Shown here piece by piece: positions 11,131 to 21,089 of a stretch of DNA of 43,756 nucleotides; within the stretch, counting starts at the first letter, position 1, and every line of letters begins with the position of its first letter. The notes under the pieces are model-generated. The model saw only the letters and a program-made list of their open reading frames with translations, did no database searches and had not been told where the DNA came from. The translations under genes and the position numbers were made by a program. The DNA is from Octopus bimaculoides. Lineage: Eukaryota. The stretch spans positions 9,110,739 to 9,154,494 of the forward strand of contig NC_068990.1 in assembly GCF_001194135.2 (NCBI RefSeq), given 5' to 3'.

Positions 11131-11496
11131 CTTTTTATCATTTACTTGTTTCAGTCATTAGACTACGGCCATTCTGGAACATTGCCTTGAAGAATTTTTA
11201 GTCACATGAATCTATCCCAGTACTTTTTTAAGCCTGGTACTTATTCTGTTAATCTCTTTTGCTGAACTGCTAAGTTACAGGGATAAGTGGTGGTAGGGGA
11301 CAAATACACACACACATGCATACACATTCATGTATATGACTAGCTTCTTCCAGTTTCTATCTATCATATCTACTCACAAGTTTTGGGTTAGCCTGAAGCT
11401 ATAGTAGAAGACACTAACCCAAGGTGCCATGCAGTGGGACTGAACCTGAAACCACGTGGTTGGGAAGCAAGCTTCTTGCCACACAGCCACGCTTGT
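11131..11496 (-). mobile_element. tRNA-derived SINE, family A
   Basis: Reverse complement of the 1727-2137 element, diverged. Confidence 0.8.
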
Positions 11497-12155
11497 GAGG
11501 TTCTGGCTGGATGACAGCTTTTGTTGGTTGGCCACATACCATATGGTCATGATGGATGATAAAGTATTAATATCTCACAGAGATAGAAACTGACCGAAAC
11601 ATTTCTGCTCAGAGGATTGCCTGGGACCAACACATGTTAGATGCACTGCAAAGCAGATACCAACGCATGGTAGATGCACTGCAAAGGTGCATGCCCCAAT
11701 TTACATTTGAGAGTTGATGTTTGTATTTGTAACGATAAACAGGTGTAGCATATTGTGCTAATGTTTCATTCATGCTTCTTGTCTACTAAATTCTGAGGCA
11801 GTATTTATATTTTTAAAGCTGTTGACAAGGTCAAATTTAATGTTACTGCTCAAGTGTTGAAATCATTAACCATTATGCAGCTGATGATGGGTGTATTTGT
11901 TTCATGTGCCAGATGTGGCTGTCGGTTATGGTTCTTTTGTTTCTTGTATTCTTGTGTTTCAAAGTTGTTCTTCGTTGAAATTCTAGTTCGCATAGGATTT
12001 AACTTGTCTAAGGGTTCTTGGTTTATGGTGACTTTGTTGCTTATAAGTTATATTGATATTGAGTGATTGTCTTTCATAGAGATTCTATTTTGGTAAGGGT
12101 AATACTTGTTTAAAAGTTTTTAGTTTATAGAGGTTTTGGTGTATATATATATTAT

Positions 12156-12454
12156 TATCATCATCATCGTCATCGTTGTTTAACGTCTGCTTTCCATGCT
12201 AGCATGGGTTGGACGATTTGACTGAGGACTGGTGGACCAGATGGCTACATCAGGCTCCAATCTGATTTGGCAGAGTTTCTACAGCTGGATGCCCTTCCTA
12301 ATGCCAACCACTCTGAGAGTGTAGTAGGTGGTACTGGCAACGACCAAGCTCAAAATGGTGTATTTTACGTGTCACCTGCACAAGAGCCAGTCCATCGGCA
12401 CTGGCAACGATCTCGCTCGAACGTCTTACTGGCAACGGCCATGCTCGAAATGGT
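12156..12454 (-). mobile_element. Repeat family C, young copy with internal repeat units
   Basis: Near-perfect reverse complement of 9590-9741 over about 150 bp. Confidence 0.85.
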
Positions 12455-12808
12455 AATATATATATATATATATATATATATAATGTGAAGAGACACACAA
12501 CTACACAAAAGACTGCCACTCCTGCTACTAAATTCTTCCTATAACATTAAGTGACACAAAGTTCACTCACACACATACACATATAAACAGCCAAAACCAC
12601 ACACACATATGGTATTACACACATATGGTATTACACACATAGACTTGCACGCACGTGCATACCCACACATTCCTCCTTCCCTTACACTCTCCTCTCTTAG
12701 AAAGAACTTTTTCTTCACCCATTCCCTTCCGGGCATTTCAAAATGTAACCACATGTGAATCGTTGGCGATTTTTTTCCTCTGTCTTCCCTTCTATTGGAC
12801 TTTCCTCT

Positions 12809-12844
12809 GTTTCCAAAGAAGAGTGTCCGCTCGAAATGTTAAAC
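12809..12844 (+). ncRNA. Decayed minimal hammerhead-ribozyme-like motif (Penelope-type)
   Basis: GTTT-CCAAAGA-A-GAG-tgtccg-CTC-GAAA-TG-T-T-AAAC: 4-bp stem I, 3-bp stem II and GAAA are present; the core deviates from CUGANGA at 2 positions. Confidence 0.4.
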
Positions 12845-12959
12845 CATCTTTCTTTCCGTCCTTGAGCATCTGTTAATACTTTACATGTACCATGTCCTTG
12901 CATTGTTGCGTTTTTTGTGTTTGTTCTTTTTGGGATTTACTATACATATATAATTAAAC

Positions 12960-13560
12960 CTTGGGAGAAGCATTATGCCAGTAATAAACACATGCACTGG
13001 TTCAGTCCTTTATTCATTCCGGTCGCACACCAAATACACATACACATCTTGCACACCAAATACACATACAAAATATATATATATATAATAAAAAGAAGGT
13101 TGAATGAAAGGGAGATAATAAAGTGCTAGTGATCCCAACAAGAGAAGGTGCATGTGTGTGTGTATGTGAGAATTGTGTGTGAATAGGGGAGAATGACTGA
13201 TGTGTCTGAGTGTGTGTGTGTGTAATATAGCAGTTGATGTGCACTTTTTCACGTGGTGTGTGCATGTGTGTGTGTGACCAAACTGTGCATGTGTATGGTG
13301 TACATATGTGGGCGAAAGTATCTTTGTCTATGTATGTTGCATGTGTATGTATATATAGCCTGTGTTCAGGTATTATGTGCTTGTGTGGGTGTAGAAGTGT
13401 GCATGGTGATGTGTGGTGTGTGTACTGAGTTAAACAGTGTGTATGGCTGTTCATATAGTGGTATGTGTGGTGATGCTCTTGAAGATTGTATGTGGGTGTG
13501 TAGTATGGGTGCTAGGAAGTGGTCAGTGCTAGTATGTGTGGAGTGGTGTGGGGTTGGTAT
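12960..13560. repeat. (CA)/(TG)-rich low-complexity tract
   Basis: Read directly; explains the C/V/M/H/T-rich spurious ORFs. Confidence 0.9.
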
Positions 13561-13574
13561 GAACTGAAGTGAGA

Positions 13575-13945
13575 AGGTGAGTTGTGCCCATGTGGTGCAA
13601 AGGAATGAAGAGAGAATATTAATTCCACTTCACGGCAAAGGCCAGAGTGTAGATGACCCTGTGCAAAGACAATCCTAACACAAACAGATGTTGTAGCAAA
13701 TGACCAGTAGAGCGGAAATGGTGCGAGACCGGGGTGTCATTGCTGAGTGTGATGTCTTGGAAGTGCTTTGTGAACTGGTCAGCCAAGCGACGTCCCGTTT
13801 GACCGATGCATAGAGAAGGACAGAGAGAGCAGGAGATACAGTAAATGACATTACTAGAAGTGCAGGTAAAGGAGTTGGTGATGTGATAGGGTTGATGATG
13901 TGTACCTGTGAAGGTGCAGGGGTGTTTTGGAACATAACACCCATG
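13575..13945 (-). mobile_element. Penelope-like element GIY-YIG endonuclease fragment
   Basis: FTCTSSNVIYCISCSLCPSLCIGQTGRRLADQFTKHFQDI...PVSHHFRSTGH..HLFVLGL, then in a shifted frame ELIFSLHSFAPHGHN. This is the PLE GIY-YIG layout (VIY...xIGqT, CxxC, H residues). Confidence 0.85.
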
Positions 13946-13963
13946 ATAGTTAAGGGGTTTCTG

Positions 13964-14144
13964 TATATATATATATATATTATGGGCTTTCAGTTTCTGT
14001 CTATCACATCCACTCATGAGGATTTGGTTGGATCAGGCTGTTGTAAAAAAAACACCTGCCCAAGGTGCTGCTGTGCAGTGGAACTGAATCCCAAACTACA
14101 TGGTTGGAAAGCAAGGTTCTTAACCACACAGCTACTTGTGTGCC
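13964..14144 (-). mobile_element. SINE family A 5' half
   Basis: Reverse complement of the family A tRNA head; a second head fragment lies at 14693-14750. Confidence 0.7.
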
Positions 14145-14763
14145 AACAAACCATTTTAAAGTTGTTGATTCACTTGATCAAAAAAAAAATCAAGAATTAA
14201 CAATAAATAAATATATTTATCAGACAGACAAATAGGATTTACTTTATGACAGTGGATTTTATTAAGTTGTACTAACAGTTATCAAACCGTTTGTTGTTTT
14301 GTTTGTGATCAAAAGTACATTTCACTGTTTTGTTTTGCTTGTCTTATTTGCTCAGGCTAACTTTGTGTGTAAAAATTTGCTTGAAGTGTATGTATGCTGT
14401 AATGTGAAAAATATTGGTTGTGTTTTTACTGGAAATGGTCTGTTTTTGTTTTGTTTCATTCATAATCTATAGCACATTATCATTCTGCTATTATGTTTAT
14501 CCAATGAGTTGACCTCATCTACATACAAAAAGACAGTTACTTCAGTCATATATTTTTGATAAACACAAGTTATATTTTAAATTAGTGAGAGATATTAGAG
14601 TGAGTAAAGTACCCCACTATCCCAAGCATCACCTCCTGTTAGCCATGAGTGATGAAGGAGTTTGATATCAGAACTAAGTGGACAACAATCCATTGAACCC
14701 AAAACCATGTGGTTGGGAAGTGAACTTCTTAACTACACAGCCATACATGCCCCCCCCCATATA

Positions 14764-14931
14764 TCGTCATCATTATTTAATAACCATTTCCTTGCTGACA
14801 TAGGTTGAACAGTGACTGGAGCTGGTAAGGCCAGGGGCCGCACCAGGCTCCATTGTCTGTTCAGGTATGGTTTCTATGGCTGGATGCCCTTTCGAACACA
14901 AGCCACTTTACAGAATGTTTTCTATGTGGTA
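14764..14931 (-). mobile_element. Repeat family C, diverged copy
   Basis: CAGGCTCCA...TTTCTATGGCTGGATGCCCTT. Confidence 0.65.
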
Positions 14932-15009
14932 CCAGTTGGACTTGACACATTTCATGTGTCCTTATGCTTTCAAAGTGAAGACAAGCGCCTCCTCCCAGCA
15001 AAACCAGCA

Positions 15010-15052
15010 TCCAGAGACTAGTTTTAGAGTTATTGCTCATCATCAGTCTGGA
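15010..15052 (-). ncRNA. Type I hammerhead-like motif, copy 1 (G12-to-A lesion)
   Basis: Minus strand TCCAGA-CTGATGA-T-GAG-caataa-CTC-T-AAAA-C-TA-G-TC-TCTGGA: 6-bp stem I, intact CUGAUGA, 3-bp stem II, CUAG helix III, GUC triplet. Confidence 0.6.
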
Positions 15053-15072
15053 GTAGCATGGTTTGCTAGCTG

Positions 15073-15951
15073 AATTCTTTATTACAGGCACAAGGCCTAA
15101 ACACAGCTGAGACATACACAGACGTGTGGAAACAAAAAGACACATGAAAGGATGAACATTTCTTTCTCAAGTACCCTCTTTTATCACATTCGTAACACTT
15201 TGAGGGGTCTCCCCTCCAATATCATTTCTAACTTTTCATTTGGTAGCTCCAGGTATTTCTTTGTAATATTTCTAGCTCACTGCAAAAATCATCTCTAATC
15301 CGTAGCCCCAACACTTCGCTTGTTGGGTTTGGCTTATGCCCATCTTCACGTCTTCGTTTTCCTTCCTTATCTCTGAATAAAAAATCGCTGCTATTATCCA
15401 CTCTGGATCTATTGATGGTGGGATTCTTCCCACCCTAATTCTGACAATTCTTTTATCCAAACAGTTTGGAATCAAAGTCCATTTTTCTCCCTGTATCAGC
15501 CTGTTAGAGGTTTTTTCCACCTTCTCTTCTGATATAAAAATTACCACTATTGACGCAAATCTCTTTCCTGTCGTAAAGAACGCTATGCTGTCTCCTATAT
15601 GTCTTTCCAAAATTTCTTCTATTTCTTCCTGTGGCGTGTTTTCAATTCTGCTTTTATTTGAAAATGTTCTGAATATTATTGTCTTCTTTTCCATTTTCAC
15701 TTTTTCTCCTCTGGCAGAGTCATTTTTATATTTGACCCTTCTTTCTCTACCATACTACTATATTTCTTTATCAGTTCTTCATTCCACTGTAACATCTCCT
15801 GTTTCAGCACACGTGGGTCTAGGCGAACTCGACCTCCAGTAGCTTCTGCATAACTTCTCATTTTTCTCAATTATTCACTACCACCCAACAATGGTTGTTT
15901 CGCACAAAAAAAATTGGCTAGAGTTCTTCAAAAAACAACAAAAAAAGTGTC
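15073..15951 (-). mobile_element. Internally deleted Tx1/L1-like non-LTR element (ORF1 N-terminus plus 3' tail)
   Basis: Starts MRSYAEATGG (ATG at 15861). RRM-like segment RVGRIPPSIDPEWI. Degenerate knuckle EGRPLKCYECDKRGY. Tail ...CCTTGTGCCTGTAATAAAAG. Perfect 10-bp TSD TTGCTAGCTG (15063-15072 / 15952-15961). Confidence 0.7.
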
Positions 15952-16111
15952 TTGCTAGCTGTCGATGCCTATCTACCTTTGAAAACATATGTTTCAAGTG
16001 AAATACATTGACTGATTTTTGAAAATAGAAATAATACATTTCTAAATCTCTCAGAGAGATTTATGCAGTAGCAGCATGATAAAGTGATAGTATGTTGTCA
16101 ACTTCATATGA

Positions 16112-16155
16112 CATCCAGTCTGATGAGCAATGAGTCTGAAACTAGTCTCTGGATG
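16112..16155 (+). ncRNA. Type I hammerhead-like motif, copy 2 (sense to SF3A3 intron 1; weak stem II)
   Basis: CATCCAG-T-CTGATGA-gcaatgagtct-GAAA-C-TA-G-TC-T-CTGGATG: 7-bp stem I, intact CUGAUGA and GAAA, palindromic CUAG helix III, GUC at 16145-16147. Confidence 0.65.
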
Positions 16156-16469
16156 CTGGCTTTGCTGGGTGGAGGTGCTTGTATCCACTTTGAAAACATA
16201 AGGACATAGGAAATGTGTCAAGTCCAACAGGAAATGGTGTTTCCTAGGGCTAAATAACAGTAGCATTCTTCCCTTTCATGGGACTGTCACATTAAGTTGA
16301 CAACATACTATCACCTTATCGTGCTGAGAGATTTAGGAACATATTATTTCTATAGGGTTGATTTGTTTAACTAAAGCCCTTCAAGTCGGTACCCCAGCAT
16401 AGCTGCAGTACAGTGAATGAAACAAGTAATTGATAATAGATAATAGCAGGTCTGATAGGTACTTGTTAA

Positions 16470-16850
16470 AATATTGGCCAAACAGCAATACAAAGACTAG
16501 GATTCCTCTTTTGAGCCAAGAAATACTTTAGTCTTGATCAGTTGCTAAACCTCTGCAAGGTTCATATAAGACCCATATTGAAGTACTGCTCACAAAATCT
16601 GCAGGTTAATATTATTGCTGCACACACTGACACCTGGGGTCAAATCCCAAAGAAATCCATCTGGCTGAGCAGCAAGAATTCTTACTGCATACCGTCTGCA
16701 CTCAAACTCACTAATCTTACCTATCACCTTTGCTGTATCTCACTGCTGACACACTGCACTAGTCACTTTAGTCAGTCCCTCAATTCTTCTTTCTGAGATT
16801 GCAGCCCACTGAAATTTCATTCTGTGCATCATTATCTATTGTGTTGTTCC
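16470..16850 (+). mobile_element. CR1/L2-clade LINE 3' fragment
   Basis: RLGFLF*AKKYFSLDQLLNLCKVHIRPILKYCSQ matches the L..LYKA.IRP.LEYCS C-terminal motif of CR1/L2-type RTs. Confidence 0.65.
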
Positions 16851-16924
16851 TTTTTTAAGACAGTAAAATGTGATTTGAGGGAGATTTGGCTGTTATTTTT
16901 AGCAGGTTGAATGATTACGTAGAG

Positions 16925-17163
16925 CAGTGGTTTTCAACTATTTTTTGCTTATGGACCTTTTTGATTCTTATTTTACTCTATAGGGCTTCCATAGCCATTC
17001 GATGTACATAGGAAAAAAAAAAAAATCCTACTTTTTTTATAATGAAATATTATTAAGAATTATATTAAAAAAAGATATTTTATGTATTGTAGAAGTACTA
17101 TCAATTTATAGCCCATAAATTTTAACAATAAAATCTTATATGGACCCTGGTTGAGAACCACTA
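16925..17163. mobile_element. hAT-family MITE
   Basis: TIR CAGTGGTTTTCAAC / GTTGAGAACCACTA (12/14). 8-bp TSD ACGTAGAG / ATGTGGAG (6/8, both differences are transitions). Confidence 0.75.
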
Positions 17164-17961
17164 ATGTGGAGGCTCATGGATGGGTGGAGTTCTTATGGCA
17201 TAGACTCATGTACAAGAAGTTTTGATTGTTCTCTTGGCAAACTGACTTAGCCATAAAGAGTATAGAACAAAAGTATGTGTCTTTTAATGTTGAGGTAACA
17301 TAAAATATTGCCAGATGTTATATTATTGATAAAAATAGACAAATGCTTTTTAGAGTTTTCCAAAATATTTAATGGTAAATCTCATGACTCAGAATCATAT
17401 TAGAATTGGTTTTGTTTTTTTGTTTTTTTTTCAATTTGATTCAAAACTTTGTTTTTCTTCAATTTGGAATTTTTTTTTTAAATACAAAAGTAATCTTGAA
17501 TGCATTTTTAAAATAACAAAAAATACACCAGTAAAATATTGAAGATGGCTAGCTTCTTACAATGCGAAAAAGGAATTAAATGTATTCCTTTTTTGCATTG
17601 TAAGAAGCTCTCTGTTTTCACTATTTTGCTGTTTTTACTTTTTGTTATCACAATGCTTCAAGCAAGCCATAATGCTCTTCTAACACAAATATATATTGTA
17701 TTCCTACATCATGTAAACAGCTACTCTACTTTGCTGGAATTAATAGACTATTTTTAGTTGTGCAGACAACATGGCGACCTCTACACATCACATGTCCTGC
17801 ATAAAATAGGAGCCTGAAGTCCTTCAATAATACACTGTCTTATTATAGGAAGAACACATAGATAATGTAACCCTTATTCACTCTGTCCTAGAAAAAAGAT
17901 GTGATGGTCAAGATTGGAATGCCTTTAATCATAAATCTCTTTAATCAAGGCTTAGCTTGCA

Positions 17962-18413
17962 TTAATCCTTTAGCATTGAAACTGGCTATATCCAGCCAAA
18001 ATATTGTACTTGTTTTATATTCAAACTGGTCAGATCTGGCCTCTCACACTCACCATACAATGTCCTTGTAAAAATAAACAATCACATCATTGAAATTTTG
18101 AAGCTACAATATCATGCATGATTATTCCATCAAATGTATAGCTTATTTATTCACATTGTTTTGATTTAATCTGAATGCCATAGCATTAGAGATGTTTTAG
18201 CATTTAAACCAGCCATATCTGGCCAAAATAATCTACCTGTGTTATCTTCTAACTGGCAAGATCTGACCTCTCCCATTTACCCTACAATATTCTAAAAATA
18301 AACAATGGCATCATTTAAGTCTCAAAGCTACAAAGCGATGCATGACTAATTCATATCAATCTGAATAAACAAGCATTACATTTAACAAAGAAATCTAAAT
18401 AGTATATGGTTAA
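17962..18413. mobile_element. Two tandem copies of a ~225-bp piggyBac-like MITE
   Basis: Copies at 17962-18188 and about 18194-18413 align along their length (TTTAGCATT.AAAC...AGATCTG.CCTCTC...AAAATAAACAAT...AAGCTACAA). Ends resemble TTAA-(C/T)CCTTT and GGTTAA. Confidence 0.55.
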
Positions 18414-18616
18414 ACAACAACAGACTTATTTGACTGCTGAATTTTAGTTAATGCACCAAAGTATATGTTTGTATATGTATATGTATGCACCAAAGCTTTG
18501 GGTTTCCATTTGCATTCCACTGATTTCTCATATCCACGATTAATCTGTAATAAAATACATAAAAACTGTTTTTTCAGTAACTATTTTCTTAATTTTTTTT
18601 TCCATTTTTTTTTCAG

Positions 18617-18664
18617 CCAAGAGAACAGATCAACTCTGATCAAAGACTGAAATATTTGTTTGAT
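18617..18664 (+). CDS. SF3A3: SF3A3 coding exon 2 (PREQINSDQRLKYLFD)
   Basis: TTTCAG acceptor, GTAAGT donor, 48 nt; matches the LRDQINSDHR motif. Confidence 0.93.
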
Positions 18665-19248
18665 GTAAGTTAACATATATTTTCATTTTCATTTTGTTTT
18701 AATTTCATTGGTTTGTTGTGTTGAAAGTTGGATCATTAATGTGATCCTGATTACCTAATGAATGACGAACAAGCCATCTGGACATGTGCTGTCATCTAAG
18801 TCCAGTCTACTTTTGTGTGCTTTGCAGAGGTGATCAATGTATACTCAGTCAGAGTGTAACAGTTACTCTTCCTTTTCAGTTACCATTGCTCATGAAAATC
18901 CTAACTTTGTGTTTAAGGTTAATGAGGCTACCACAATTTTCCTAGGCCCCACCAGTGGGTTGTATGCCCCATGTTGGGAATCACTGACCTATTTCATGCT
19001 GTTTGTTTACAACTAGATAGACTTGTTCAGATTTTATGTTAATTGTCTGGCTATGATATCTGAGCAGGGCTAGTTTGACTGTACAAGCATTATTGACACC
19101 CAATCAATTTAGCTGTTTGAGATACACTAGTAGTGGGAAAGATATTCGGAATAATTTATAAAACTAAAGCTAATTGATTTATCTTCTTTCATGTTACCCT
19201 TGAAGTATCTTTACTCTTTTGAACTCAATGTAACTCTTACTTTATGGT

Positions 19249-19417
19249 TCATGATTATTGTCCGTTTTCCATACTGGCATAAGTTGGATGATTTGACCAG
19301 AGCTGGCAAGCCAGAGAGCTGCACTAGGTTCCAGTCTGATTTGGCTTGGTTTCTATAGCTGGATGCCCTTCCTAATGTTAACTGCTTTACAGTATGTTCT
19401 TTGTGCTTTTAACATGT
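19249..19417 (-). mobile_element. Repeat family C, diverged copy
   Basis: TCTGATTTGGC...TTTCTATAGCTGGATGCCCTTCCTAATG. Confidence 0.7.
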
Positions 19418-19465
19418 TAATGAATAATTATGAATATTTGGGTTTTTTTCCGTTTCCTTTTGCAG

Positions 19466-19518
19466 AGATCTGTTGCTTGCACCAATGAACTAAGGGAGCT
19501 TTATGAAGATAAAGATGG
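19466..19518 (+). CDS. SF3A3: SF3A3 coding exon 3 (RSVACTNELRELYEDKDG)
   Basis: TTGCAG acceptor, GTATGT donor, 53 nt; matches LRDLYDDKDG. Confidence 0.93.
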
Positions 19519-19859
19519 GTATGTTTGCTACAAGCTGATTTACTTAATTTAAAATAATTTTTTCTCCTGTTTTGTTCTTCTGACAATTTTAATGCTTACG
19601 TTACTACACGAGTATATTATTGTAAATAAAAATAAAGAGCAAAACAAGGCCACTGCCTCATTCAATAATCTAAAGCATTAAGTAATTAAAATCTAAGCTA
19701 CACTTTATATNNNNNNNNNNNNNNNNNNNNNNNNNNNNNNNNNNNNNNNNNNNNNNNNNNNNNNNNNNNNNNNNNNNNNNNNNNNNNNNNNNNNNNATAT
19801 ATAAAGTGTAGCTTTATATATAAAGTGTAATATATATATATATATATATATATTACACA

Positions 19860-20330
19860 CACAAGTGTTCAGGCTAAATTTGAAAGTTTGCATAAAAGGT
19901 AAGGAAAACACAATATCCCATGCAAAAATAAAAGTATTTTGAAAAAATAAAAAAATAACCAGATAATGGCTAGGAGATAAGTTACTCAAAGTAGTTGCCC
20001 TCAGCTTCCACCTCAGCCCTAAAATGACTCTGGAACCTGGCACATTTGTACCTCATTTTGTACCTGGGAAGATCTTTGAACTTTCCTTGATCTTGGCCAC
20101 CAACTCAGCCTTGGCAGTTGGTGTCTTAATCATGTGCCACATATAGTAATCCATAGGATTACTATCAAGGGAATTAGGAGGTTAGAAATTGCGACTGGTG
20201 AAGTTTGTCCACAGTCTCCAGCAGTTTCACATGGCTGTCAGACTTGGATCTAAATCCCTGTTCAAAGATGTGGGGATGAACACCAGCATCCAGGCACAGT
20301 CTGAATACCTGCTGTGTTCCTTCCTGCTGG
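19860..20330 (-). mobile_element. Tc1/mariner-superfamily (maT/DD37D-like) transposase C-terminal remnant
   Basis: HIFEQGFRSKSDSHVKLLETV, *PPNSLDSNPMDYYMW (SPDLNPLDY motif), RFQSHFRAEVEAEGNYFE*; the middle of the catalytic region is deleted. Confidence 0.7.
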
Positions 20331-20719
20331 CTATGACTTCGTAATCTCCGTTGCAGCCATCCGTGTCAGGTCTTAACACTTTTACAGTCTTCACAGAGCA
20401 CTGAGCAGCAGTCTAGATGTTGACTTTTGATATCCAATATGAATCATCAGGACATAGGTGACTCTCCTAATATTCAGATGGCTTCCTGTCCTCCATGTCA
20501 GCTAACTTTTTCTCAACTACAGCTTTAATCTTTATGCTCTCCAATGCCATTGACTCTTCGGCAATGCTGTTCCTGAGAAAAAAAAACAGAGACATAAGAA
20601 ATAAAATCATTAAATTTAGTTCACACACCACTTGTACCTTGCAAACCCACCCTGACATCTTGCCTTCACCATTTTATCTTGATTTCCAACTCCACCCCAA
20701 TTTCTTCTACTTACTCTTA

Positions 20720-21005
20720 CCTGTAGGTGTGGCTGTGTGGTAAGAAGTTTGTTTCCCAACCACATGGCTTTGAGTTCGGTCCCACTGCATGGCACTGTGG
20801 GCAAGCATTTTCTGTAGCTCACCCCAATCTGACCAAAGCCTTGTGAGTGGATTTGGTAGATAGAAACTGAAAAGACGTTGCTGTTTGGAAGGGCATCCAA
20901 CTGTAAAAACCATGCCAAAACTGACATTGGAGCTGAATGTAGCCTTGCATCTTGCTGGTTCAAACCATTCAACCCATGCCAGTTTGGAAAACAAATGTTA
21001 AATGA
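20720..21005 (+). mobile_element. Composite SINE: family A head joined to family C tail
   Basis: A-type head up to GAAACTGAAAAG, immediately followed by GGAAGGGCATCCAACTGTA...AACCCATGCC...ATGTTAAATGAT. Confidence 0.7.
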
Positions 21006-21089
21006 TATGTAAGTGCGTGTATGCAAATGTGAATGAATGTTGATATTCCTTCTCTGAAATTGCTGGCTTTGTGCCAAAATTTGTAACCA

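Noticed and set aside
12960-13570. Long ORFs (104-146 aa) in the supplied track, and similar ones at 872-1685 and 28365-28644
   Set aside because: They are translations of (CA)/(TG)/(TA) low-complexity sequence with no protein signal.
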